A stretch of DNA of 63,891 nucleotides from NCBI GenBank assembly GCA_965644495.1, contig CBFFSA010000001.1, positions 434,001 to 497,891 on the forward strand, read 5' to 3'. Of this stretch, positions 44,413-55,099 are shown in pieces (the first letter of the stretch is position 1; each line of letters begins with the position of its first letter). This DNA comes from Perkinsela sp. CCAP 1560/9 (Eukaryota > Protista > Euglenozoa: Kinetoplastea). The position numbers were made by a program, and so were the translations under genes. Under the pieces are notes generated by a model that saw only the letters and a program-made list of their open reading frames with translations, was not told where the DNA came from and did no database searches.

Positions 44413-45531
44413 TTAAAACTTTCCACGAAAGCCACCACCTCCGCGTCCGCCGCGGCCCCCGCCTCTCCCCCCACGGAAGTTGCCCCCGCGGCCACCACCT
44501 CGGCTGAACTGACCTCCTCGGTTGCCACCTCCTCCCCCGAAGCTGTTACGCTGCTGCTGGAAACCCCCACCGCTGTGTCGACCTCCCTGCTGGGGGGTGT
44601 GACCCCCTGGCTTGAAGTGACCCCCGCTGCCATGCTGGCGTCCCCCGCTACCTTGCTGGCCGGGGGAAAACGGCCTATTCTGCGGCGTTCCACCATGGGA
44701 GGGACGGTTAGGAAACTCCTGGCGTTGGCCACCTTGGGGCTTGTTCGACTTCTCCCCGTGCTTTGCGGAAGGGTCGAACTTGGGTTTCTTCACCGGAACC
44801 TCGTCCTCTTCGTCGTCCTCCTCTTCGTCGTCCTCATCCTCCTCTTCGTCGTCATCTTCTTCGTCCTCCTCTCCTTCCCCCATGTTCTCTTCCTCCTCCT
44901 CGTCGTCTTCCTCCTCCTCGCTGTCATCATCCATGTCCATGTCTTCTTCCATCATCTCGTCTTCCTCATCGTCCGACTCTTCGTCGTCTTCATCATCTTC
45001 ATCGAGCTTAGGGGCAGCTTTCGAGGCCAGCGCGGGCGAGGCAGAAGAAGGCTTCACGGCCGCAGGGGGAGCGGAGGGTGAGGTTTTCACAGGCACCGTC
45101 TTAATCCCCACTTTATCCACAACAGTCTTTGAGACTTTAACCGCTTCCAGAGCCTTTTTCGCTGGCACCTCCTCCAGACTCTCGTCGTCTTCGTCGTCCT
45201 CGAGGTCGTCCATATCATCCATGTCGTCCATTTCATAATATCCGGTGAGATGGATTTTGAGTTTGTCCCCTTTGGCTGTGAATTTCACTTCCTGGTCGGG
45301 CATGAAATTGAGGTCAAGGGCCATTTGGAAGTTGCCATGCTTCGAGCAGAGCGTCCCTAGGGCGAATTGTTTGCCTTGGACGGTGATGTAGAGCGTAACA
45401 TTCCCGGACTTTTCAGAATCACCCGCCAATGCCGCCTGACTCACGTGGAGGAATCCGATCTTGGGGGTTGTTTTGAACTCTACTCCGGGTTCTACCTGAG
45501 CGCCGAAAAAGCAGTTGAGTTCGTCTTCCAT
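44413..45531 (-). CDS. Nucleoplasmin-like domain protein with acidic tract and RGG tail (nucleolar histone chaperone-like)
   Basis: FFGAQVEPG..LHVSQAAL..LGTL..IHLTGYY, a long D/E run and RGG repeats. Confidence 0.85.
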   Translation of the reverse strand: MEDELNCFFGAQVEPGVEFKTTPKIGFLHVSQAALAGDSEKSGNVTLYITVQGKQFALGTLCSKHGNFQMALDLNFMPDQEVKFTAKGDKLKIHLTGYYEMDDMDDMDDLEDDEDDESLEEVPAKKALEAVKVSKTVVDKVGIKTVPVKTSPSAPPAAVKPSSASPALASKAAPKLDEDDEDDEESDDEEDEMMEEDMDMDDDSEEEEDDEEEEENMGEGEEDEEDDDEEEDEDDEEEDDEEDEVPVKKPKFDPSAKHGEKSNKPQGGQRQEFPNRPSHGGTPQNRPFSPGQQGSGGRQHGSGGHFKPGGHTPQQGGRHSGGGFQQQRNSFGGGGGNRGGQFSRGGGRGGNFRGGRGGGRGGRGGGGFRGKF

Positions 45532-45739
45532 GTTGATGCAAGCGAAAAGTAAATGTAAATATGACTAAGAACGAAAATGTTGTTCAGGTGTTAAACCTTA
45601 TCCATTCAAGAACATCTGCTACTCTTGAATATTATGTATTTTCAAGGCTTTTCTGGAAACAGTGAGGTTACACTAGTGTGACCTTATTTGAATATGAAAT
45701 GATTAGGAAAAAAGGTGCACTTCTCTGCTCTAAGAAGAC

Positions 45740-48010
45740 TCACGTAAGCGTAAGCTGTATTTGGATATTCCTAGAGTGTGTCGTGTTCGAGTATCTCTTG
45801 GGGGGTTGCTTCGCATCCAAGGCATTGGGTGCACCGTGAACATTCACAGACTGGGTGACTTTGGGGTTCTTTGCTCGATATTCAGCAATAGTCCCGAAAA
45901 TGCTCAAACATTGGCTTAGTTTCTGCCTATGGGACTCATCTCTTTCAAGCTCTATGCATTCCTCTAGCAATTGCTTAGCTAGATCATTTACTTTCGAGTG
46001 AGTTTGCAGCAGGGTGACAATTATTTCAGGAAGTCCAGTTTCACTTGGTTGGTTCAAGCTGGACCGCTCAAGGTGAAGCATATGTATTCTACGTCGCAGC
46101 AATAAAATCATAAATTCTTGAGTAATGCCACTGCCTAATTTTGAGGACATCATTTTAGTGTTTAATGTACTTGTCTCTTTCGTGTAAATGTATTCTGCGG
46201 CCGGTGAGACTAAGGTAACATGCTTTGAAAGCGAGTGCATAGTATCACCATAAACTTTGCAAGCCTTGGACCATTGTCCATGCATCAAACACGAGTTTAG
46301 AACATGAATGGGCAGTACTGCACGTTGTGCGGAATCTGACTCACGAACGAACTGCAAAGGCCTGTTAAGGGAAATATAGTAGTATGTGAGAGCATCTTCC
46401 CATGCTTGTGATAGAGAGGCGGCTCTAGCATATACAGCAGCAACTGCATACGAAGTGAGAGGCGATTTTCTGCTTAAATAAAGGAAGAAGTTTCTCTGTA
46501 TGGATTTAGGAAAAGGCGAGGAATATCTTGTCATCAGCACTGCTAATCGTTGGCAAAGTTCAGAAAATTTTTCTTGTTCAGCTAGAAATTCAGTAGTGTC
46601 ACTTATAATAGATTTTGTCGATTCCATCGGCGTTCCTCTTACAAAAGCTGATAACGCAAGCCTCCAGCAATCTTCGTGCAATAAAGGTTGAGCGGCAAAA
46701 AATACTGAAAACTGAAGATGAGCCGTCCTAGTAAGGACTGAAAAACTATAATTAGTATTGAGAAAAATATGCATTCGTAAATGCGCGGCTTCCGATTCTA
46801 TCTTGAAACGCTCAACATGATACCTGTAAAAATCTTTTACATGTATCCATGTATTATCTCGGCGGTACAAAGCTTTCTCCTGGTGTGAAATAATGCGGTG
46901 AGAACATGGTTCACGTTCAAATCTAATGGAGGCGGAGAGAGGTGCAGTTGTGTGCATTAGCATTCGAGCTGCAAATGATACATCTGGTGCCGACGTAATT
47001 GAACTCCACCTTGTATTAGGATAAAGCTTAGTATAAATCTCCATGACGCGGCGGGCCATTACAAGGAGTCGATGGCGTACTAAGAGAGCCCACGTAACAA
47101 AAAAAGTGGGAGCGGTTGGCACTAGCATTCGCCAGCTTGGAGTCGAATCTACATCCATTTTACTAATAACATTAAGCATTTCTGCCCAGCTTCCGTAGCG
47201 CGCGTAGGATCTTACAAGTCGCTCGTAGAGATTGCAAGCATTATCTCCGCGTAGAAGCAATCTGTTGCGGACGCAACACTGGTTTAGTAAAGAATGTAAA
47301 GCTTGAATTTGCCCCTCGGACTTCTGACATCCTCTGTTTCGCGCGTGTTCAATCCACCTTACAGCTGGAAAGAAGTGATTAGGGGCAACATCAGTTGCCG
47401 TAAGAATCGTATTTTGAAATAGTTGCAGTGCATCACACCAGTCAGCAAGGGATGTAACCGCGTGCTTAATTGTATTTCCCTTTAAATGTTGAGTTTTCCC
47501 GTCGTTTCGCAGTCTGATAATAGTATTGAAAATTTGTTTAATAGTTTGACACCTTATTTCAACAGATTTGGGATTGCACCGCCACCCTTGATCCACACGA
47601 TATATTTCCGCGAGTATCATTTCTAATTTCTCTGCCTCATATTCAACGTGGAGAACATTGTGAACATGCTGAATGATGCGACAAGCATGTGTCCACGACC
47701 TTTTGGACGAATTCAAAATAAATGTTAGAGTTTTTCGGTCGATTTGCTTTTGAAACGGAAGGCTAGAGTAAATTCTTAGGGCGCCGTACCAATTCTTGTC
47801 TAAAGCTGCTTTCCATAATCCGAGTGAAGAATCACCCGCAATTCGAGGCAAATGTGATGAATGGCAAGAAAGCTCGTCGCTGCTTCCCGATGGTTCATTT
47901 GCACTGTGTACAAGTGAATGCGAATTTTTCGGATCTCCAGGAAGGCTTGAGAACAGTTTGAGTGATGCTTTGCGCAGACGATCTACTACATTACGATGTA
48001 ACATGCACAC
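45740..48010 (-). CDS. Helical-repeat (PPR-like) probable mitochondrial protein
   Basis: Recurrent W..AL..Y/F helices (WYGALRIY, WCDALQLF, WEDALTYY, WSKACKVY). Confidence 0.55.
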   Translation of the reverse strand: MCMLHRNVVDRLRKASLKLFSSLPGDPKNSHSLVHSANEPSGSSDELSCHSSHLPRIAGDSSLGLWKAALDKNWYGALRIYSSLPFQKQIDRKTLTFILNSSKRSWTHACRIIQHVHNVLHVEYEAEKLEMILAEIYRVDQGWRCNPKSVEIRCQTIKQIFNTIIRLRNDGKTQHLKGNTIKHAVTSLADWCDALQLFQNTILTATDVAPNHFFPAVRWIEHARNRGCQKSEGQIQALHSLLNQCCVRNRLLLRGDNACNLYERLVRSYARYGSWAEMLNVISKMDVDSTPSWRMLVPTAPTFFVTWALLVRHRLLVMARRVMEIYTKLYPNTRWSSITSAPDVSFAARMLMHTTAPLSASIRFEREPCSHRIISHQEKALYRRDNTWIHVKDFYRYHVERFKIESEAAHLRMHIFLNTNYSFSVLTRTAHLQFSVFFAAQPLLHEDCWRLALSAFVRGTPMESTKSIISDTTEFLAEQEKFSELCQRLAVLMTRYSSPFPKSIQRNFFLYLSRKSPLTSYAVAAVYARAASLSQAWEDALTYYYISLNRPLQFVRESDSAQRAVLPIHVLNSCLMHGQWSKACKVYGDTMHSLSKHVTLVSPAAEYIYTKETSTLNTKMMSSKLGSGITQEFMILLLRRRIHMLHLERSSLNQPSETGLPEIIVTLLQTHSKVNDLAKQLLEECIELERDESHRQKLSQCLSIFGTIAEYRAKNPKVTQSVNVHGAPNALDAKQPPKRYSNTTHSRNIQIQLTLT

Positions 48011-48696
48011 GAAATGACGGATGTTACAATTGATCCTGCAGCAGAACTAGAATTGTGCTCATAAGATAGATCATCTGGGTAAACACCAAAAGGTACAAAT
48101 ACGCATTTTAGAAAAAGAGGACAGACAAATATACCAAGTCCACCCACAAAACAAAGACATGATAACGTTTCTGTTCTCCCATAGCCCTTAGGTGAACTTC
48201 TAAAGTAATGTAACTCTTAAACGTAGGTAGCAGTTATTTGACGTAACACATGAAAGCACACGCAAATAAAATGTATGTTTATGTAGGAAACACGAATATT
48301 AGCTTAAATATAAATTATAGACTACACATACATACATTGTATGTAGTGTTCATCTAGTATCTGGTACACCCGAACATCTACCTCCCTTGTCTCGAGGTAG
48401 TGCGTGGACTGATGACCTCTTCTCTTCAACAGATAAACCCTATTTTTTTGAGGACATCAAAGAGTTCTCGATCTCTTGGCAGCATGGAGACATGCATGTA
48501 TGTAAACCAATTCGTAGAAATTTCGTTCTTCGTCTTAATCGGAAGCCATCCGAATGGAATGGGGGCGGTTAGGCTGATAGAAGCCTACGCAAAATTAATG
48601 CGAGATCGTCGAATGCGACTCTCGTCTGAATACGAATAGAACTCATCACATTAACTTGTATTGAAGACACAACAACGTACACGACGTTAATCGCTC

Positions 48697-50136
48697 TTAT
48701 TGGCCGCAAGCTACAGCAATCATCTTCTTATATTGCAAAATTCTCTCGGACGATTTTCCCAGTAATACACCAGCACATTTTTCAAAATTTTGAATGCGTT
48801 TCCATTGCTCAAATGTAACGGCATTCTTAAAACAGGGTAAGTCACACGTTTTAGGCTCTTCCGCAGCTGAACCAGGCTGAATATGCCCATTTTCTGATAA
48901 ACGCTTAGAACATTCTTCTTCCAACATTGTTTGTGCCGTTTCGAGTGCATCTGGAATGACACTGGCAATGACGCCATGTGCCCCACGTTTGGCCCATCCT
49001 ACGGTATAAAGGCGAGGAATGGAAAGAACTGCTCCCTTACTATGAGATATCATTCGTGTCTTTTCCTCCAAAGGAACGCTAGAGATGTAACTTCCACGAT
49101 ATCCTGTAGCGAAAATCACGACATCAGCGTTCATTTCAACTTGTTTTCCATTTGGGGACCACACCAAGCGGGAGGCAGAATTGTCGTTTGCGTTTACCCC
49201 GGGACTGGGTTCCAAACATTCAAAAAGGATTGAACGCGCTCGTATTTCTAACGGACGAAGATTGTATTTCAGATTAAGAAGGCGTTTCTTAGTTTGATCT
49301 AATAGACTTTGATTTGAAACGGACTTGAGCAAGTCGATGAGTCGTCTTCGCGATCGTGGAACATCTGAGGATTCGTAGCAGAATTTGTCCAGAGAAACAT
49401 CCACATTTTCCAAAGAAAGCATTTCACGAAATTCTTTGATACTAAAAGCAGATTCCAAAGCTCCACGGCGTCCGACTATGGTAATCCGTTGAATATCGCA
49501 ACTTTGTAATACGCGCAATGCAGGAGAGGATATATCCGTTGCTTCCAGTTTCTTGGAATCTTGCAAGAAAATTCGAGCGACATCTAAAGAAACGTTGCCA
49601 TTTCCAATAATAACCGCTTCTTTCGGACTCGACGTGTTACCCCAAGGGGGCTCTTGTAAATTATAGCAGCTAAAAGGATATCCATTGTACCACTCTACAA
49701 TGTTCTTAGCGTAGTGCACATGCGCGCTTGTTGACCCTTTGCACTGTAATTTGTTAACCTCACTAGCCCCTGTGGCGAGGACTACAGTGTTGTAAGTATT
49801 GAGAAGCTGCTCTATGGATACACCCTTACCCAGTTCAATATTTCCCAACCATCGCACATGTTCGCGAGATGCGATCTCCTCAAACCGGGACTCCACATTT
49901 CGGATTTCCGGATGGTCCGGAGCTACACCATATCGTATTAAGCCGTAAGGTGTGGGTAGCTTTTCCAAGATATCAAACTGAAGTCGGTCAAAACTTCGAT
50001 ATCCTTTGGGTGTTCGCATGGTGAGACATGAAGACGGATACCTTGCTCTACGGGAATCAAATGCCTTTTGTAAGGCATCAACGAAATAAAAGCCGGCAGG
50101 TCCCGATCCTACAACACATGTTCTATATGGAAGCAT
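48697..50136 (-). CDS. FDXR: NADPH:adrenodoxin/ferredoxin reductase
   Basis: VGSGPAGFY, PYGLIRYGVAPDHPE, IIGNGNVSLDVAR and GWAKRGAHGVI. Confidence 0.93.
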   Translation of the reverse strand: MLPYRTCVVGSGPAGFYFVDALQKAFDSRRARYPSSCLTMRTPKGYRSFDRLQFDILEKLPTPYGLIRYGVAPDHPEIRNVESRFEEIASREHVRWLGNIELGKGVSIEQLLNTYNTVVLATGASEVNKLQCKGSTSAHVHYAKNIVEWYNGYPFSCYNLQEPPWGNTSSPKEAVIIGNGNVSLDVARIFLQDSKKLEATDISSPALRVLQSCDIQRITIVGRRGALESAFSIKEFREMLSLENVDVSLDKFCYESSDVPRSRRRLIDLLKSVSNQSLLDQTKKRLLNLKYNLRPLEIRARSILFECLEPSPGVNANDNSASRLVWSPNGKQVEMNADVVIFATGYRGSYISSVPLEEKTRMISHSKGAVLSIPRLYTVGWAKRGAHGVIASVIPDALETAQTMLEEECSKRLSENGHIQPGSAAEEPKTCDLPCFKNAVTFEQWKRIQNFEKCAGVLLGKSSERILQYKKMIAVACGQ

Positions 50137-50442
50137 TCCGACAAAAAGTCAGGATGTGTCGCAAACATTATCGTAAAGGTGAGATATTCTGTACAATTAG
50201 AAAGTGAACAGTAAAACGCATTCTCCGAATCAGCTGAGACACAAATTTAATAATTCTTACCGATCCGCGTAAAAATATATAAACCTCAAAAGTATTGTGT
50301 ACGTAGAGAATTTAATTCTATAAGAGAAAACTTTCGTAATACAACTTTTGATACTTTAAAACCATAGCACTACGAAGCTTGATATATCCTACAGTGAGTT
50401 ACAACTTTCATACCACCTTCGTCTTCTTTTCAGAATAGAGCA

Positions 50443-51288
50443 TTACTTTCGTCGAATACCGCTCTTGGATTTTCCCTTTCCCGCACTCGCCTTTTTGGAG
50501 CGCTCATACGCCTTGCGCCGAGCTTCTCGAATTTCCACATCTTGCTTCTTCACCAACGAGCGCTGCTTTCGCTTTTGCTCATCATGACGACGCAGACGCT
50601 GGTCTCTACGGCGGGCAAGCAAAAGCGAAATGTATTCCTTACGCTCGGCTGCGCTGCGCACCACGCGTGCCTTCTTCTCCTCCAGCTTTGCCTTACGACG
50701 TCGAAGAATCGAGGGAACAATCAAACGCTGAATCTTCGGGGCCTTGGTGTAGGAACGAATATTCTTCCCCCCTTTCTCACTGCGGTCCTTCTCCGGGATC
50801 GTGCGTCGCACGACATACTTCGTCACGGGCTGGGTGGTGAGCCCAAACAGCTTACGAATCTTATTCGCCCGTTTCGGGCCCAGACGCAGCGGCACGGAGA
50901 CGTCCGTGACCCCGGCGATATCCTTCTCCCCCTTCTTGGTGACCGTCAGCGCGAGGGTGGCCAAATCCCCCCCGAGGATACACCCGCGGACGCTGCGTCG
51001 TCGGCGCTCCCCTTTCCGGGCGCGCCACTTTTGGAACCCCACGGTGCCGGGCTGGAGCAGCAGGCGCACGCGGCTTGCGGTCATCACCCCTTGCTTCATC
51101 GGGAACCCGTCCTTGTCCTGGCCCCCGGTGATGCGGAATTTGTACCCCGCAAAGGCCTCGTCGAAGATGTGGCCCTCCATCTCCTGCCCCATGCGGTAGT
51201 CGGAGAGGTTGGCTTTGCGCAGGTGGTCGTCCTCGATGTCAACGCTCTTGGTGCCGCCGGTGGAGGGATCCGCGATGAGGAGTTTCAT
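50443..51288 (-). CDS. RPS6: 40S ribosomal protein S6 (eS6)
   Basis: GGQDKGFPMKQGV-type motif, GERRRRSVRGCI, RLGPKRANKIRKLF and KAPKIQRL. Confidence 0.98.
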   Translation of the reverse strand: MKLLIADPSTGGTKSVDIEDDHLRKANLSDYRMGQEMEGHIFDEAFAGYKFRITGGQDKDGFPMKQGVMTASRVRLLLQPGTVGFQKWRARKGERRRRSVRGCILGGDLATLALTVTKKGEKDIAGVTDVSVPLRLGPKRANKIRKLFGLTTQPVTKYVVRRTIPEKDRSEKGGKNIRSYTKAPKIQRLIVPSILRRRKAKLEEKKARVVRSAAERKEYISLLLARRRDQRLRRHDEQKRKQRSLVKKQDVEIREARRKAYERSKKASAGKGKSKSGIRRK

Positions 51289-51591
51289 GGGAAAAAACGG
51301 TGGTGAGAGAAAAGATGAGAAAAAAAGGCTAAGGAGGAAGAGGGAGAGTTCGTGAGCGCGTGTGGGCAGGATACGAGTGGAATAGGGTAAAAGAGAGCGA
51401 GCGGGGGTAATGTCGATTTTAGGTTAGGGTGAGACGAATAAAGTACTGTGGATTTGATAGTGCTCATCCATGATTACACGCTTCAATGATTACAAGTCTT
51501 CTTTTACAGAAGAAGAGAAGAAGAAGAAAAATATGATTAGAAGTCTTTTTTACAATCTGCGTTAAATTACCACTTCTTGACTTTTAGATGG

Positions 51592-53337
51592 CTACGTATC
51601 GGGTGGCATGTTCACGGGTGAACTCACACTTGGAGCACAAGAAATAGTGGTAGCTCTACCCGGAGAAACATCCTCCGAGACATGAAAACTCGAATCATTC
51701 TTTTCTAATTTCACCTCCGTCCGCCGTTCAGCAAGTTCCCGACTGGCCGCATAGAACTGATACGGCGAGGTAAACAGACCATCCCCTTGATACGAGGGAT
51801 GCTTTGCAATAAAAAAGCGATGGCAACTTCGAGTGTAGTGTTGAGACTGCGCATCCTTAACAATATCCTCTATCTCTTGAGGGCTACCTTTCGGTAGTTG
51901 CTCCCGAAGCATGCGGTGCAGATTGCTGCTTTCGGAGTGGCGAAACGGGCACCCGTGGCACGAGGAGGAAGAGGGAGGAGCCCCCATAATAATTGACCCG
52001 CATCCCATAGCGTTATAGCTGACGTGCTTCCCTTCCTTACCATAGTGATGCCGAATTGCATATGCGTAGCTTGACCTCTTAAATGCCTCAAGCCCCATAG
52101 CCTCTCGTGAACCAAAGAATTCAATCGCCTCATCCATGGACAAACCAATGCGTTTGAGAAAAGTACTGTACTGGAACCTTCCATGAAATTTGAGGTGGCG
52201 ATCTCTGTTAAGCTGGTCTTGCAACTGCTTCATGCAGGGTGGGAAGTGTTCAGCAGCAAGGGAGTCAATTTGTTCACTATGAACAACACCAAGTTTGTGA
52301 TCCTCCGTATCGGAACGGGAACCGGGGGCAAAAGCCTCGACTGTAACAATGGCGTCTATCTTATGAATCACATAGTTGGAGGCAGAATGCTGAAGTGAGA
52401 GCCTTTGAGGAACCGCTTGAGACAACAGCTTTCCCAAACTATCTTGAAACATGTTACACTGCATGGTTACGATCTCCCGGTTCTGCACAACAGCCTCTCC
52501 ACGATGCAAGCAAACGCTTCGCCTTCGTACTGCATCCAGAACGTGCCGAAATGGGACTCGATACCACGAAGCCGACTCACCGGAGGAAACAACAACGGTA
52601 GAAGGCAGCTCACTCGATATGGAAGCTTTCCCAGTAAGAGCTCTCGCGGTTGCTGTGGCTGCCTCGGCAATTTTTCGTACTCCCAGCGTAGCATAGCGCT
52701 GTGACATGCCTGTGACTTTGTATGCGAGTGCATGGCCCGAATCCGCATCAGTGTTCCCCAAATCTGAGATGTGGCTCACCTTCGCAAGTGTGGGAATCAC
52801 GCGTGCAGGCACTCCATTCGCCTGGAACACAGACTCTTGCTCAACGCTTGTTAGTTCCCGCAGTCGCATGCGAAAAAGGTTCTCCTCGCACCGAGAGAAC
52901 CATTGTCGTAGGTGATCAATGTGACAAAACCCCAACAAACATAAATAGAAAGATACATGATCGCGAGTCCAGTCCTGTAATAAACCTTTTTCTACAGAAC
53001 TTAGGGTAGAAAGGAATGGGGTTTCATTTCTTCCATGCTCTCTGAAAAGTTCATGACGATTTTTTTCCACAGCCGCAAGTAAACGGAGACGGGCGGAAAC
53101 TAAATCCCCTAGATCGGGTAGAAATACACTGTCTTCCATAAGCCTAGTTTTTACGGGACGCAGAAGGTTATCATGATTTTGTTGAATTAAGTTGTATTTC
53201 AGAGGTCGGTTTTTATACAGTCCCACCCAAGTAGAATTCTGCAATTCGTTGCCTACTCCCGCTTTCGGAAACTCTGATGCATCTAGGTGAAAAGAGCGTC
53301 CAGAAGGAGAAGAAGGTTCCTGCTTCAGAAGCTGCAT
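51592..53337 (-). CDS. PRIM2: DNA primase large subunit
   Basis: HFPPCM, HLKFHGRFQYSTFLKRIG, YAIRHHYGKEG and CHGCPF Fe-S domain. Confidence 0.95.
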   Translation of the reverse strand: MQLLKQEPSSPSGRSFHLDASEFPKAGVGNELQNSTWVGLYKNRPLKYNLIQQNHDNLLRPVKTRLMEDSVFLPDLGDLVSARLRLLAAVEKNRHELFREHGRNETPFLSTLSSVEKGLLQDWTRDHVSFYLCLLGFCHIDHLRQWFSRCEENLFRMRLRELTSVEQESVFQANGVPARVIPTLAKVSHISDLGNTDADSGHALAYKVTGMSQRYATLGVRKIAEAATATARALTGKASISSELPSTVVVSSGESASWYRVPFRHVLDAVRRRSVCLHRGEAVVQNREIVTMQCNMFQDSLGKLLSQAVPQRLSLQHSASNYVIHKIDAIVTVEAFAPGSRSDTEDHKLGVVHSEQIDSLAAEHFPPCMKQLQDQLNRDRHLKFHGRFQYSTFLKRIGLSMDEAIEFFGSREAMGLEAFKRSSYAYAIRHHYGKEGKHVSYNAMGCGSIIMGAPPSSSSCHGCPFRHSESSNLHRMLREQLPKGSPQEIEDIVKDAQSQHYTRSCHRFFIAKHPSYQGDGLFTSPYQFYAASRELAERRTEVKLEKNDSSFHVSEDVSPGRATTISCAPSVSSPVNMPPDT

Positions 53338-54060
53338 TGAGAGCTATACAGTATAGGACCTACTCTTGTTGCTAAGTTGACAAGTATAAGTAGTGAAAAA
53401 AAGTAGAATTACACATAAAAGATAAGGAAAACAAGTACCATTCCTCTCATAATAAATCATATACAATCAGGTGTTGAAGCTGAAGAAGAATTTCGCTTGT
53501 AATTTACAAGAGACTTTACTTACAACTTGTGAATAAAACTTTATCCTGTCGGAGTACACATATCCTGTCGGAGTACGCATACATGTATCCTTTTGTACGT
53601 ACAAGTACAACCGAATATTGACTGTTCAGAGTAAAGCCAACGAATATCGTGAGCTTGTGACACTTCATTCAGATATTCATCCAGAGTACTCGCACAGAAA
53701 AAAAGCAACAGCTCTGCGTTTATGTCGTTGCTGAAAGAGCTGTTCAAGGCGCATCGGGCGACCTTTAAAGAAGCACCTTCAGAAGGAAGAAGAGGATGCC
53801 ACCACCTTTGACACTGGCAATTACAATTTCAATCATGAAATTTACCTTCTGGGCTGCTTTTCGTTTCGTAAAAAAGCTGTGTTGTCCAATAAGGTAGCGT
53901 ATAGAACTTGGCCCTTCAAGCCATTCAATTCAAGTTCCTTCTGAGGAAAAAGAAACCAGTGACTGAATGGTAGTCAGTCTATCGTACTCAAAACGGTAGA
54001 AAATGCTGTTCATATTTTTGACGGGGGGGTCTAACAGAAAGAACACTTTAAGTCAGTTTT

Positions 54061-54855
54061 CTACACAGCTTTTTTTACGCTTTCTTCATTGGTATCTGCG
54101 TCGTTCGAAGTTTCAAGAATTTGCAAAATTTCTTCTAGTTTTTCACCACAACTACTGGAAATGTCCTTCGAATCAACGTCCTTGGAATTGTTCAATGAGT
54201 TTTGTCTACGACAAGTGACTGACAATTCTTGTAATGTTGGCGCCCTAGCAGTTTCATCGGTCAGATTTAGAGAATCGTTTTTTGTAAGTGGCTCTTCCTT
54301 AGGAATGTTTCTGGTCCCTGTGGTCTGGTCCAACCATGGATCCCATTGAGCCTTCTTACTCCTTTTCTTAGACTGCGCTGACATGCGCTCATTGTGTGAA
54401 AGGTTTGGAACAAGTTTATTAGGATGACGTTCGTACTCCATTCCAGGATACCACAAAGCATTTTCATCTCCGTCTCGACGTACTTGAACGTCACCCAACT
54501 TCTTAAGACGGCCCCATAGAATCATATTTAGATCTGCTCTATGAGCACAACCAAAGTACTTTTTCGCGTAGTACGACGAGGTCATGCCGGGATCGTGTCG
54601 TATTACGGCTAATACGGTCTTCGGATCCATTACCACATATCCACCTTCCTGTTTAATTTCTGGTCGAGTTTCCGATGATTCGTACATTGATAGAGGTGCG
54701 GACGTCCCAGTGGATACGGGGTGACTACTTTTCGATTTACCTTTTGACGAATTAGATGCTCCCTTTTGTGTAGTAGATATTCTGGGAAAGTCTTGAAAAG
54801 AAGGCGGATACAAGACTCCACTGTATCGGCGAACAGAGCGGAAAAACATTTTCAA
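54061..54855 (-). CDS. Hypothetical protein, possibly mitochondrial
   Basis: 264-aa ORF; the probable start MFFRSVRRYS is presequence-like. Confidence 0.6.
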   Translation of the reverse strand: MKMFFRSVRRYSGVLYPPSFQDFPRISTTQKGASNSSKGKSKSSHPVSTGTSAPLSMYESSETRPEIKQEGGYVVMDPKTVLAVIRHDPGMTSSYYAKKYFGCAHRADLNMILWGRLKKLGDVQVRRDGDENALWYPGMEYERHPNKLVPNLSHNERMSAQSKKRSKKAQWDPWLDQTTGTRNIPKEEPLTKNDSLNLTDETARAPTLQELSVTCRRQNSLNNSKDVDSKDISSSCGEKLEEILQILETSNDADTNEESVKKAV

Positions 54856-55099
54856 TAAGGTAATCTATTCGAAATACCAAGGTAGGAAGAAAATCCAAGT
54901 AAACAACTCTGAATTGTAAGTAAATTAACTACACTTCAACTTAGATTAACATAACCAACAACCCATACTGTGAAGCATACGGAAGTTAACGTATAAAAGC
55001 GAAAGTCTTGACCTGGTTGGTTGACCTAAGACAGTGAGCACTACATTGTACTAAAAGAAGTACAACTTTACTTATGAATCACAATCTTTTCGAATATCG

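Noticed and set aside
50542-51306. Long plus-strand ORFs opposite RPS6 (and similar ones at 30971-31663 and 44575-45238)
   Set aside because: Antisense shadows of GC-rich real genes, with no recognisable motifs.
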